Notes under the pieces: model-generated
The model's database searches: none
What the model saw: the letters and a program-made list of their open reading frames with translations, nothing else
Told to the model about the DNA's origin: nothing
Position numbers and translations under genes: made by a program
Shown here: positions 35,392 through 45,353 of the stretch, in pieces
Numbering within the stretch: the first letter of the stretch is position 1
How the letters are laid out: every line of letters starts with the position of its first letter
Assembly (NCBI GenBank): GCA_017615635.1
Contig: JAFZZR010000044.1
Span: 36,176-100,175 of the forward strand
Length of the DNA: 64,000 bases
From: Lentisphaeria bacterium
Lineage (GTDB): Bacteria; Verrucomicrobiota; Lentisphaeria; Victivallales; UBA1829
Direction of reading: 5' to 3'

Positions 35392-37524
35392 TCAGTACAC
35401 GAAGAGCATTTCACGGTACTTGGGCAGCGGCCAGCGCGAGTCGTCGATCTCGCATTCCAGCGTATCCACCACGGCCCGCAGATCGGCCATTGCCTTCAGG
35501 ATCTCCTCGTGCTTTCCTCCCAGCGCGGTCCGAAGCAGAGCGCATTTTTCCGCCAGATCATCGAGTCCGCGCCCGAGAAGTTCCGCCTCGCGCTTCAGGG
35601 ACTTCACGCCCGGCCGGACGCCGGAAGCACCGGCTTCGGCGATTTCGCTCACCAGACTGCCGTATTCGGCGGAGAGAGCCGGACGGATCATGGTCTCGGC
35701 GATCTCCAGCGCGACTTTTCCCTCGATACGGACCTTGCGGTGATAATCTTCCATGAAGACTTCGTACCGGGATTCGAGTTCGCGGCGGCGGTACACGTTA
35801 TACTTTTCGAAGAGCGTGACGCTTTCCGGCTTCGTCAGAACTTTCAGCGCATCCATGGTGGTCTTGAAGTTCGGCAGTCCGCGCCGTTTGGCCTCGGCCA
35901 GCCAGTTGTCGGTATAGCCGTCACCGTTGAAGATGATCCGCTTGTGCGCTTTGACCACCTTTTGCAGATGCTTCTGCAACGCGGCATGGAAATCCTTTTT
36001 GCCGAACTTGCCGATCGTCGCGGCCATGCGGTCGAACGCATCGGCCACGATGGTATTCAGGATGGTATTGGCGCCCGAACAGGACTGACTGGATCCCGGA
36101 GCACGGAATTCGAACTTGTTGCCGGTAAAGGCGAAAGGACTCGTCCGGTTCCGGTCGGTCGCATCCTGCGGCAGAGGCGGCAGCGTGTCCACGCCGATCC
36201 GGAGCGTGCCGGAGTGGCGGCTCGACTTCGCTTCACCTTTTTCCAGCTGATTGATAACGTCGGCCAGCTGGTCGCCCAGGTAGATCGAAATGACGGCCGG
36301 AGGCGCTTCGTTGGCGCCGAGCCGGTGATCGTTGCCGACACCGGTCACGGCGGAACGCAGAAGATCGGCGTGCAGATCGATCGCCTCGATGATCGCCGCA
36401 AGAACGGTGAGGAAGATCGCGTTCTGATGCGGATCGCTGCCCGGATTCAGCAGATTCAGCTTGCCGTAGTTGACGCTCCAGTTGTTGTGCTTGCCCGAAC
36501 CGTTGACTCCGGCGAACGGCTTTTCATGCAGCAGGCAGACAAATCCGTACCGGTCGGCAGTCTGACGGAGGACTTCCATCACAAGCATGTTGTGGTCGCA
36601 TGCCAGATTCAGCTCCTCGAAGATCGGCGCCAGTTCGAACTGGGCGGGAGCCACTTCGTTATGACGAGTCTTGGCCGGAATGCCGAGCTTCCAGAGCTCC
36701 TGCTCCACTTCGTTCATGAAATTCAGCACACGCATCTTGATCGTTCCGAAATAGTGATCTTCCAGCTGCTGATGCTTGGCCGGAGGCGCGCCGAAAAGCG
36801 TCCGTCCGGTCTGCAGAAGATCCGGCCGCAGAAGATAGAAGTGCTTGTCGATCAGGAAATATTCCTGCTCGGGTCCGAGGGTGACCGTAACCCTTTCATC
36901 GGCATAGCCGAAACATTTCATCAGCCGTTTCGTTGCTCCGGAAAGCGCCTGGATCGAGCGCAGCAGCGGAGTCTTGCGGTCCAGCGCTTCGCCGGTATAA
37001 CTGCAGAACGCCGTCGGGATGCACAGCGTCGCACCGTTGCCGTGGCGCTTGATGAAAGCCGGACTGGTCGGATCCCACGCCGTATAACCGCGCGCCTCGA
37101 AGGTCGAACGCAGTCCGCCGGAGGGGAAACTCGATGCATCGGGCTCGCCGACGATCAGGTTCTTCCCGGAAAAGCTCAGGATCGCGTGTCCGTGCTTGAG
37201 TTCCAGAAACGAGTCGTGCTTTTCGGCGGTGTTGCCGGTCAGCGGCTGGAACCAGTGGGTATAACTGGTCGCGCCGCGGGCGATCGCCCACTCCTTCATG
37301 GCATGGGCCACATCACCGGCAATGGCCGGATCCAGTGCTTCGCCGCGCTCGATTGTCGCCAGCAGTTTCGCGCAAGTCGCCTGCGGCAGATACTCCCGCA
37401 TGGCATCGGCATTGAAGACGTCTTCCCCGTAGCACTGCACGTCGGCGGGGGCGGCAGGTGCGGGGGCGGAGGGGGCAACGGCGGCGACAGCGTTGACGGC
37501 GTCGGTACGATTGGTGATGCTCAT
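35392..37524 (-). CDS. glnN: Glutamine synthetase type III
   Basis: ORF 35392..37587, start moved to MSITN at 37524, which follows an AAGGAG Shine-Dalgarno. About 710 aa with GSIII-typical segments YTHWFQPLTG, NGSGKHNNWS and PFAFTGNKFEFRA. Confidence 0.93.
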   Translation of the reverse strand: MSITNRTDAVNAVAAVAPSAPAPAAPADVQCYGEDVFNADAMREYLPQATCAKLLATIERGEALDPAIAGDVAHAMKEWAIARGATSYTHWFQPLTGNTAEKHDSFLELKHGHAILSFSGKNLIVGEPDASSFPSGGLRSTFEARGYTAWDPTSPAFIKRHGNGATLCIPTAFCSYTGEALDRKTPLLRSIQALSGATKRLMKCFGYADERVTVTLGPEQEYFLIDKHFYLLRPDLLQTGRTLFGAPPAKHQQLEDHYFGTIKMRVLNFMNEVEQELWKLGIPAKTRHNEVAPAQFELAPIFEELNLACDHNMLVMEVLRQTADRYGFVCLLHEKPFAGVNGSGKHNNWSVNYGKLNLLNPGSDPHQNAIFLTVLAAIIEAIDLHADLLRSAVTGVGNDHRLGANEAPPAVISIYLGDQLADVINQLEKGEAKSSRHSGTLRIGVDTLPPLPQDATDRNRTSPFAFTGNKFEFRAPGSSQSCSGANTILNTIVADAFDRMAATIGKFGKKDFHAALQKHLQKVVKAHKRIIFNGDGYTDNWLAEAKRRGLPNFKTTMDALKVLTKPESVTLFEKYNVYRRRELESRYEVFMEDYHRKVRIEGKVALEIAETMIRPALSAEYGSLVSEIAEAGASGVRPGVKSLKREAELLGRGLDDLAEKCALLRTALGGKHEEILKAMADLRAVVDTLECEIDDSRWPLPKYREMLFVY

Positions 37525-37571
37525 GGACAGGCTCCTTTCGTAGTTGTTTTTTGAGTCCGGCATGGGATAGA

Positions 37572-37586
37572 GCATGTTCTGTGCCA
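37572..37586 (-). promoter_or_regulatory. sigma54 (-24/-12) promoter for glnN
   Basis: The minus strand reads TGGCAC-AGAAC-ATGCT. The -12 GC lies about 48 nt upstream of the glnN ATG. Confidence 0.7.
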
Positions 37587-37619
37587 ATTTTTGTTTGCCT
37601 CAAATCCGTCCATTTGGTT

Positions 37620-37665
37620 TTACAAAAAATGTAATTATAAAATACGGATTTACATATTTTGTAAA
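37620..37665. promoter_or_regulatory. Two TTACA-N5-TGTAA palindromes (candidate enhancer/UAS sites) between the divergent sigma54 promoters
   Basis: Site 1 is 37620..37634 (TTACAAAAAATGTAA). Site 2 is 37649..37665 (TTTACATATTTTGTAAA). Their centres are 30 bp apart. Confidence 0.4.
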
Positions 37666-37708
37666 CACAAACGATGCAAATCCCCTCGAAATGCGCCTCA
37701 AACCGGCT

Positions 37709-37723
37709 TGGCACGCAATATGC
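37709..37723 (+). promoter_or_regulatory. sigma54 (-24/-12) promoter for gltBD
   Basis: TGGCAC-GCAAT-ATGC(T), with the -12 GC about 40 nt upstream of the gltB ATG at 37763. Confidence 0.7.
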
Positions 37724-37762
37724 TCTATAGTACCGCGAAAAACCAAAATACGGAGACAAAAA

Positions 37763-40700
37763 ATGAAAACTCAACTTTTTCATCCGCGACAGCGCGGTCT
37801 GTATGATCCGGCGCAGGAACATGATGCGTGCGGCGTCGGACTCGTTGCCGATCTGAACAATCGTCCATCCCATGAGATCGTGGCGCAGGGCATTACCGTT
37901 TTACGCCGCCTGATGCACCGCGGCGCGGCGGGAAGCGATCCGGAGACCGGAGACGGCGCCGGACTTCTGACCGCCATCCCGGATGCCTTTTTCCGCGCCC
38001 ACGCGGGAACGGCACTGCCGCCGCGCGGGCAGTACGGAATTGCCATGATCTTCGGAGGCCTCGGCGAAGAGGCGATCCTGGAAGCGATCATTCGTTCCGA
38101 AGGTGGCCAGGTCCTCGGGTGGCGCGACGTACCCGTCGTACTGAAGGCGGCAGGAAAAACGGCACGGCAGACCGCGCCCCGGATCCGTCAGCTATTCATC
38201 GGCGGCACGGAATTTCCGGACCAGGGTGCATTCGAGCGTAAACTTTTCGTAATGAGGCGGCTGATCGAAAAGCAGACACACGATCTGTACATCTGCAGCA
38301 TGTCAAGCCGGAGCATCGTCTACAAAGGACTTCTGCTGGCGACCCAGCTCGAACAGTTCTATCCGGATCTTAACGATGCGGACTTCGCCTCGCCGCTCGC
38401 CGTCGTTCATCAGCGGTACAGCACCAACACGTTCCCGACCTGGAGCCTCGCGCATCCGTACCGGTATCTGGCGCACAATGGGGAGATCAACACGCTGCGC
38501 GGCAATCTGAATGCGCTCAAGGCGCGCGAACGGCTTTTCAAAAGTCCGCTTTTCGGCGACGATCTGGCCAAACTGCTGCCTCTGGTCGCGCCCGGACAGA
38601 GCGATTCGGCGTCCCTCGACAATATGTTCGAGCTTCTCGTGGCTGCCGGGCGTCCTCTCGAACACGCCATGCTGATGCTCGTTCCGCAGGCGTGGGGACA
38701 GAATTACTACATGGGACGTGACGTGCGTGCATTCTTCGAATACCATTCGGCTCTGATGGAGCCGTGGGACGGGCCCGCCGCCATTGCGTTCAGCGATGGT
38801 GTAAATGCCGGAGCTATATTGGACCGCAACGGGTTGCGTCCGGCGCGTTACACTTTATGTAAAAGCGGACTTTTCGTTCTTGCCAGCGAGACCGGCGTTC
38901 TGGACATTCCGCCGGAAGATGTTGCTTCGAAAGGACGTCTGAAGCCCGGCGAAATTCTGTATCTCGATCTGGAGCATCATCGTCTGATCGACGATTCCGA
39001 AATCAAGAACCGTCTTGCCCGCAGCAAGCCGTACCGCCGCTGGGTCGAGGAGAACCGGCTTTCGGTCCATGGACTTTTCACGGACATCACCGCGTCCGAA
39101 CCGGAAGCGAATCTTCCTGAACGCCAGAGATTTTTCGGTTACACGAGAGAAGATTTGGAACTGATTCTCGGCCCCATGGCGGAACAGGGGAAGGAGCCTG
39201 TGGGCTCCATGGGCAACGATGCGGCGCTGGCAGCGGTCTCGGAGAAGCCGCGTCTGCTCTTCGACTACTTCAAGCAGCAGTTTGCCCAGGTCACGAATCC
39301 GCCGATCGACCCGATCCGCGAATCGCTGGTGATGAGTCTGATGACCTACATCGGCAATCAGGGCAACATTCTTGCGGAAACGCCCGAACACGCGCGGCTC
39401 ATCAAACTGCGCCGTCCGGTGCTGACCGATGACGAACTGAAGCATCTGCAGGATTTCGGAGAGCGCGGATTCCGCTCGATCCGGCTGGACTGCGGTTTCC
39501 CGGCGGACGGCGGTGCGGATGCGCTCCGCAAAGCGCTCTGCGATCTTGCCGAAAAAGCAGTCGAAGCGGTTCGCGAAGGACGGAAGATCGTGATCCTCTC
39601 CGACCGTCATCTTGCATTCGGCATGGCGGCGATCCCGAGTCTGCTCGCCTGCTCCGCGGTGAACCGTGCGCTGGCCGACGCCGATCTGCGTCCCGGCGCG
39701 GGGATCGTCGTCGAGTCCGGCGAAGTCCGAGAGATCATGCACTTTGCGCTGCTTCTCGGCTACGGCGCGACTGCGGTGAATCCGTATCTGGCCCTTGAGA
39801 CGGCCAGTGCACTCGCCCGCTCCGGTGCGGTCAAGACCGATCCCGTTACGGCGGCCGGCAACTACATCCGTGCGGTGGACAAGGGGCTTCTCAAGACGAT
39901 GTCCAAGCTCGGGATCTCGACTCTGCGGAGCTATCGTTCGGCGCAGACCTTCGAGGCGGTCGGACTGAACAGAACGTTCCTCAACGAATTTCTGCCGGGC
40001 ACGGCAAGCCGGGTCGGCGGCATCGGACTGGAGGAGATCGCACGTGATGCGGTCCGCCGGGCACGGCCGGGACAGCCGGAATCGCCGCTTTCCTCAGGTG
40101 GAGAATACCGTTTCCGGCGCGACGGCGAAGCGCATTTGTGGACGCCGCAATCGCTCTCGGCCTTCCGGCAGGCCGTACAGACCGGCGACCGGGCGAAATT
40201 CCGTGAATACAGCCGGTTGATCGATGAACAGGCGGGACACCTCTGCACGCTGCGCGGACTTTTCCGGTTCAAATCGGCAAAAAGCATTCCGGTCGACGAG
40301 GTCGAAAGCGTCGAAAGCATTCTCAAGCACTTCGTTTCCGGCGCCATGAGCCTCGGATCGCTGAGTCCCGAAGCGCATGAGACCATTGCCCGCGCCATGA
40401 ACCGGATCGGCGCCATGAGCAACTGCGGTGAAGGTGGCGAAAACGCCGCAAGGTTCAAAGGCGATTGCAATTCGGCGATCAAGCAGGTGGCCAGCGGACG
40501 TTTCGGCGTGACGATCGACTATCTGCGGCACGCCCGCGACATCCAGATCAAGATGGCGCAGGGAGCCAAGCCCGGCGAAGGCGGCCAGCTGCCCGGATAC
40601 AAAGTCAACGAATTCGTGGCCGAGCTGCGTCACTCCACGCCCGGCGTAACGCTGATCTCACCGCCGCCGCATCACGATATCTATTCGATCGAAGACCTGG

Positions 40701-42175
40701 CGCAGCTCATCCGGGATCTGCGGGTCGCCAATCCACGGGCCCGAATCTCGGTCAAGCTCGTTTCCGAACTCGGCGTCGGCACGGTCGCCGCGGGTGTGGC
40801 AAAGGCCCACGCGGATGTGGTCCTGATCTCCGGACACGACGGCGGGACCGGCGCGTCGCCGCTGGCCAGCATCAAGCACGCCGGCATGCCGTGGGAACTC
40901 GGACTTGCGGAAACCCAGCAGACTCTTGTGCTGAACCGTCTGCGCGGCAAAGTCAAACTGCAGGTCGACGGACAGCTGAAGACCGGGCGTGACGTGGTGA
41001 TCGCTGCGCTGCTCGGCGCGGAAGAGTTCGGATTTGCCACGACCATCCTGGTGTCGCTCGGCTGTGTGATGATGCGTCAGTGCCACAGCAATACCTGTCC
41101 TATGGGGATCGCCACGCAGGATCCCGAACTGCGCAAACGGTTTGCGGGCAAACCGGAATATATCGAGAACTTCCTCCGGTTCATCGCCGAGGAAGTCCGC
41201 GAACACCTGGCTAGCCTCGGGCTTCACAGTCTTGCCGAAGCCTGCGGGCGCGCCGATCTTCTGGAAACCGACCGTGCGGCAGCCTCCGCCAAAGCCGAAA
41301 AACTCGATTTCTCGGCCATTTTCCGGCCTGCGGAGGGGAAAGAACGGTGCTTCGACGAAGCCGCGCCCCGTCCGGCGGAGGAAACCTTCGACCATCGGGA
41401 ACTTCTCGGCCAGCTCAAGCTCGACGGCACGCCGGAAACGGTGACCGCGCGGATATCCAATGCCGACCGTACCGCCGGCACGGAGATCGCCGGACTCGTC
41501 AATGACCGGTTCGGTGCGGCGGGACTCCCGGAGGACACGGTCCGCATCCGGCTCGCCGGCAGCGCCGGACAGAGCTTCGGCGCTTTCCTGGCGCCGGGCA
41601 TTACGCTCGAACTCGCCGGTGAGGCCAACGACTTCGTCGGCAAAGGGCTTTCCGGCGGCAAGATCGTCATTCGGCCGCCGGAGAACTTCGGCTGCCGTCC
41701 GGAGGAAAACGTGATTGCCGGCAACGTGATCGGATACGGCGGCACCTCCGGCAAAATCTTCCTCAACGGCATCGCGGGCGAACGGTTCGCCATCCGCAAC
41801 AGCGGAATGACGCTGGTGGCGGAAGGCATCGGCGACCACGGCTGCGAATACATGACCGGCGGACGGGTCGTTGTCCTCGGGCACGTCGGCGTGAATTTCG
41901 CGGCCGGAATGACCGGCGGGATCGCGTACGTCTACGACGAAAAAGGGCATTTCGACCTCTCCTGCAATCCGGACGGGGTCGATCTGGAGAGCGTCGAGCC
42001 CGGAAGTGAAGCGGAAACAGAACTCAAAGCACTGATCGGAGAACACCTCCGCGAGACGGCAAGTCCCCGTGCCGCCCGAATGCTTGACGACTGGGAACGA
42101 TATCGACCCCGCTTCGTGCGCGTCTTCCCGGTCGAATACCGTAACGCCTTAGCCAGACAGGGAGGTGCACGATGA
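37763..42175 (+). CDS. gltB: Glutamate synthase large subunit
   Basis: ATG at 37763 within ORF 37574..42175. Ntn amidotransferase start (DACGVGLVADL), FMN/Fe-S central domains and a C-terminal GXGXG beta-helix domain. About 1470 aa. Confidence 0.97.
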   Translation: MKTQLFHPRQRGLYDPAQEHDACGVGLVADLNNRPSHEIVAQGITVLRRLMHRGAAGSDPETGDGAGLLTAIPDAFFRAHAGTALPPRGQYGIAMIFGGLGEEAILEAIIRSEGGQVLGWRDVPVVLKAAGKTARQTAPRIRQLFIGGTEFPDQGAFERKLFVMRRLIEKQTHDLYICSMSSRSIVYKGLLLATQLEQFYPDLNDADFASPLAVVHQRYSTNTFPTWSLAHPYRYLAHNGEINTLRGNLNALKARERLFKSPLFGDDLAKLLPLVAPGQSDSASLDNMFELLVAAGRPLEHAMLMLVPQAWGQNYYMGRDVRAFFEYHSALMEPWDGPAAIAFSDGVNAGAILDRNGLRPARYTLCKSGLFVLASETGVLDIPPEDVASKGRLKPGEILYLDLEHHRLIDDSEIKNRLARSKPYRRWVEENRLSVHGLFTDITASEPEANLPERQRFFGYTREDLELILGPMAEQGKEPVGSMGNDAALAAVSEKPRLLFDYFKQQFAQVTNPPIDPIRESLVMSLMTYIGNQGNILAETPEHARLIKLRRPVLTDDELKHLQDFGERGFRSIRLDCGFPADGGADALRKALCDLAEKAVEAVREGRKIVILSDRHLAFGMAAIPSLLACSAVNRALADADLRPGAGIVVESGEVREIMHFALLLGYGATAVNPYLALETASALARSGAVKTDPVTAAGNYIRAVDKGLLKTMSKLGISTLRSYRSAQTFEAVGLNRTFLNEFLPGTASRVGGIGLEEIARDAVRRARPGQPESPLSSGGEYRFRRDGEAHLWTPQSLSAFRQAVQTGDRAKFREYSRLIDEQAGHLCTLRGLFRFKSAKSIPVDEVESVESILKHFVSGAMSLGSLSPEAHETIARAMNRIGAMSNCGEGGENAARFKGDCNSAIKQVASGRFGVTIDYLRHARDIQIKMAQGAKPGEGGQLPGYKVNEFVAELRHSTPGVTLISPPPHHDIYSIEDLAQLIRDLRVANPRARISVKLVSELGVGTVAAGVAKAHADVVLISGHDGGTGASPLASIKHAGMPWELGLAETQQTLVLNRLRGKVKLQVDGQLKTGRDVVIAALLGAEEFGFATTILVSLGCVMMRQCHSNTCPMGIATQDPELRKRFAGKPEYIENFLRFIAEEVREHLASLGLHSLAEACGRADLLETDRAAASAKAEKLDFSAIFRPAEGKERCFDEAAPRPAEETFDHRELLGQLKLDGTPETVTARISNADRTAGTEIAGLVNDRFGAAGLPEDTVRIRLAGSAGQSFGAFLAPGITLELAGEANDFVGKGLSGGKIVIRPPENFGCRPEENVIAGNVIGYGGTSGKIFLNGIAGERFAIRNSGMTLVAEGIGDHGCEYMTGGRVVVLGHVGVNFAAGMTGGIAYVYDEKGHFDLSCNPDGVDLESVEPGSEAETELKALIGEHLRETASPRAARMLDDWERYRPRFVRVFPVEYRNALARQGGAR

Positions 42176-43563
42176 AACAGACTGCACGCATTCATGATCT
42201 TTATCGTCCGGTCGCCGAGCGCGTCCGGGATTACCGGGAAGTCGAACGGCGTCTTCCCGTCGAAACCATCCGGGAACAGGCCGCCCGGTGCGCCGACTGC
42301 GGCATTCCCTTCTGCCACGGAGCCGGGTGCCCGCTGGAAAACTGCGTTCCGGACTTTAACGCGGCAGCGGCCGCCGGGAACTGGAACGAGGCGTACCGTC
42401 TGCTTTCCCAGACGAGCTTCTTCCCCGAATTCACATGCCGGATCTGTCCGGCGCTCTGCGAAGGCGCGTGCTGTCAGGGTGTTGCCGGAGAGCCGGTGAT
42501 GATCCGCCAATGTGAAAAAGCCATTATTGAGACGGCATTCCAGCACGGCATGGTGCGTCCCGTCCGACCCGTTGTCCGCAACGGACGCAGGATCGCCGTG
42601 GTGGGAAGCGGACCCTCAGGACTTTTCGCTTCCGAAGCACTGAACCGCACCGGTTTTTCAGTGACGGTCTATGAGGCTGCGCACCGCCCGGGCGGCCTGC
42701 TCCGCTACGGGATCCCGGACTTCAAGCTCGACAAACGGGTGATCGACCGGAGACTGGAAATCATGAAGGCATCCGGCATCGAATTCGTCACCGACACCCG
42801 GATCGGGCAGGACATTTCGGGAACGTATCTTGCCCGTCATTACGATGCGGTCGTGCTGGCGATCGGCACGCCTGCGGCACGCGATCTGAGCATTCCCGGC
42901 CGTGAACTCAAGGGGATCCACTTTGCCCTCGATTTCCTGCGGTCGCAGACTCGTTCCATCCATGGCGAAATCTCCGAAAATCCGCTGTGTGCAAAGGGAC
43001 AGCGCGTCCTCATCATCGGCGGCGGCGACACCGGCAGCGACTGCGCCGGGACCGCGATCCGGCAGGGAGCGGCGGAAGTCCGGCAGATCGAGATCATGCC
43101 CATGCCGCCCGAAAGCCGGTCTCCCTCGACTCCGTGGCCGCAGTGGCCGTGGATGCTCCGCACCAGTTCCAGCCATCTCGAAGGCTGCGCCCGCGAATGG
43201 AATCTGGCCAGCGATTGTTTCCTCGGAAACGAAGCGGGACAGGTGACCGGCGTCCAGGCACATCAGGTCGAATGGGCGCTTTCTCCCGAAGGACGTCCGC
43301 TCAAGCCCGCGCCCGTCGCCGGTTCGGAACGGATCATCGAGTGCGACATGGTGCTGCTGGCACTCGGATTCACCGGCGTGCCCGCCGAAGGTCTGGCAAA
43401 GGAACTGGAACTGGATCGGACGCCCCGCGGAGCCCTTGTTCCCGCTCCGGACCGTCATATCTACGCGCTGGGCGACTGCGCCAACGGCGCCAGCCTTGTC
43501 GTTCGTGCGATGGCCGATGCGAAAAAGGTCACGCGGCAGATTGCAAAAGATCTGCTGTCATGA
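42172..43563 (+). CDS. gltD: Glutamate synthase small subunit (NAD(P)H oxidoreductase)
   Basis: 463 aa. Fe-S cysteines (CADCGIPFC, CRICPALCEGAC) and dinucleotide folds (VVGSGPSG, IIGGGDTGSDC). 4-nt overlap with gltB. Confidence 0.95.
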   Translation: MKQTARIHDLYRPVAERVRDYREVERRLPVETIREQAARCADCGIPFCHGAGCPLENCVPDFNAAAAAGNWNEAYRLLSQTSFFPEFTCRICPALCEGACCQGVAGEPVMIRQCEKAIIETAFQHGMVRPVRPVVRNGRRIAVVGSGPSGLFASEALNRTGFSVTVYEAAHRPGGLLRYGIPDFKLDKRVIDRRLEIMKASGIEFVTDTRIGQDISGTYLARHYDAVVLAIGTPAARDLSIPGRELKGIHFALDFLRSQTRSIHGEISENPLCAKGQRVLIIGGGDTGSDCAGTAIRQGAAEVRQIEIMPMPPESRSPSTPWPQWPWMLRTSSSHLEGCAREWNLASDCFLGNEAGQVTGVQAHQVEWALSPEGRPLKPAPVAGSERIIECDMVLLALGFTGVPAEGLAKELELDRTPRGALVPAPDRHIYALGDCANGASLVVRAMADAKKVTRQIAKDLLS

Positions 43564-43643
43564 AGGGAAAAACCGCTCCGGACATGTTGATTCAGATCGG
43601 GTTTCATATTGATTTTTCATGAAAATGTGATACATTACGTGAC

Positions 43644-45158
43644 ATGATGAATGCAGTTATCACACCGCAAATCCTGGTCATTCAGAAGATCAGCTCCGTG
43701 CTGATCCACGAACGCGACGTCGAATCCATGCTCGGCAAGGTGCTGTCGATCATCGAGAGCGACATGCACATGCTCCGGGGCACGTTCGCCCTTCTCTACG
43801 GCGATACCCTCCGTATCGAAGTTTCCCAGGGCATGGATGAAAAATCCCGTCAGCGCGGCCGCTACCGGATCGGGGAAGGCATCACCGGACACGTTGCCGA
43901 GACCGGACGCAGCCACGTGATCCCGGATCTGCGGAACGATCCCCGGTTTCTGAACCGGACGGGCACGAGACACTACGATTCGCAGGTCGCGTTCATCTGC
44001 GTGCCCCTGCTTCATCATGAACGGGTCATCGGGACTCTGTCCATCGACCGTCCGGTCACCGAAGACACGGTGCTGGAAAGCGATGTGGCGTTTCTTGAGA
44101 TCATAGCCAACATCACCGCGGATGCGGCGGCCGCGTGCATCGAAATGCACAACGAGCGCGAAACGCTGCTGGAAGAAAACCGCAAACTCCGCGACATGCT
44201 CCACAAAACGCCCGGCAAGCTCATCGGCAACTGCCGCGAGATGCAGCAGGTCTACGAACAGCTCCATCAGGTGGCCTCTTCCGATGCCACGGTCCTGATC
44301 CGGGGCGCAAGCGGCACAGGCAAGGAGCTGCTGGCTCATGCAATCGTGGAGCTCTCCTCCCGGCGGGACAAGCCGTTCATCACGCTCAACTGCGCGGCGC
44401 TGCCGGAAAATCTGGTGGAAAGCGAGCTCTTCGGTCACGAAAAAGGATCTTTCACCGGCGCCGTCGCCCGCCGTATCGGACGGGCGGAAGCCGCCGACGG
44501 CGGAACGCTCTTCCTCGATGAGATCGGAGACCTTTCGGTGCCCATGCAGGTCAAGCTGCTGAGATTCCTGCAGGAGCGGACGTTTTCACGGATCGGAAGC
44601 AACGAGGAACTGCATTCCAACGTGCGTTTTCTGGCGGCGACCAGCCGCAACCTGGAGGACCTCATGGCGAAATAGCTCTTCCGCGAGGACCTCTATTATC
44701 GGCTCAATATCTTCCCGATCATGATGCCGGGCCTCGCCCAGCGCAAAAGCGATATCATCCTGCTGGCGGAACACTTCATCGACCGCCTGAATGTCAAATA
44801 CAACAAGCGCATCGCCCGCATTTCGCCGGGCGCGATCCGTCTGCTGATGAATTACGCCTGGCCGGGCAATGTCCGCGAACTGGAAAACTGCATGGAACGC
44901 GCCGTGCTGACAGCTCGCGATGAATGCGTCCACAGCTACAATCTGCCCCCGTCCCTGCAGACCGGAGATTCGGGCGGCGGAAGTCATCCGGCTGCCGGGG
45001 CGCTGGACGAGATGATCGCCAATTACGAGCGGGAGATCCTCACCGAAACGATACGGCGGAACAACGGGAATTATTCCGCCGCCGGACGGGAACTCGGGAT
45101 CTCGCCCCGGATGATGAACTACCGGATGAACCGCCTCGGTCTTACAAAAAAATCCTGA
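43644..45158 (+). pseudogene. GAF-AAA+-HTH sigma54-dependent transcriptional activator (NifA/NtrC-like) interrupted by a single in-frame TAG at 44673..44675
   Basis: ORFs 43644..44675 and 44721..45158 share one frame. Together they contain Walker A GASGTGKE, the GAFTGA-type loop ESELFGHEKGSFTGA, Walker B LFLDEIG, then a stop directly before LFREDLYYRLNIFPI, then WPGNVRELEN and a Fis-type HTH. Confidence 0.8.
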
Positions 45159-45295
45159 ATCCGCCGATTGCCGCGGTGCATGAGACCCTATTTTTCCATC
45201 CGGTTTTTTACATTTTCTGTCTTTTCTTCACAAAAAATACTTTTTTTGTAAAACCCGGCGGCTCGATTTTGTCTTTTTTCCCCTGAGACCCATGT

Positions 45296-45310
45296 TGGCA
45301 CGGGAAGTGC
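45296..45310 (+). promoter_or_regulatory. sigma54 (-24/-12) promoter for glnB-amtB
   Basis: TGGCAC-GGGAA-GTGC(T), with the -12 GC about 44 nt upstream of the P-II ATG at 45354. Confidence 0.7.
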
Positions 45311-45353
45311 TCTCTGCCTGAAGAACAACCAACCCATCAGGGAGAAAGCGGAA

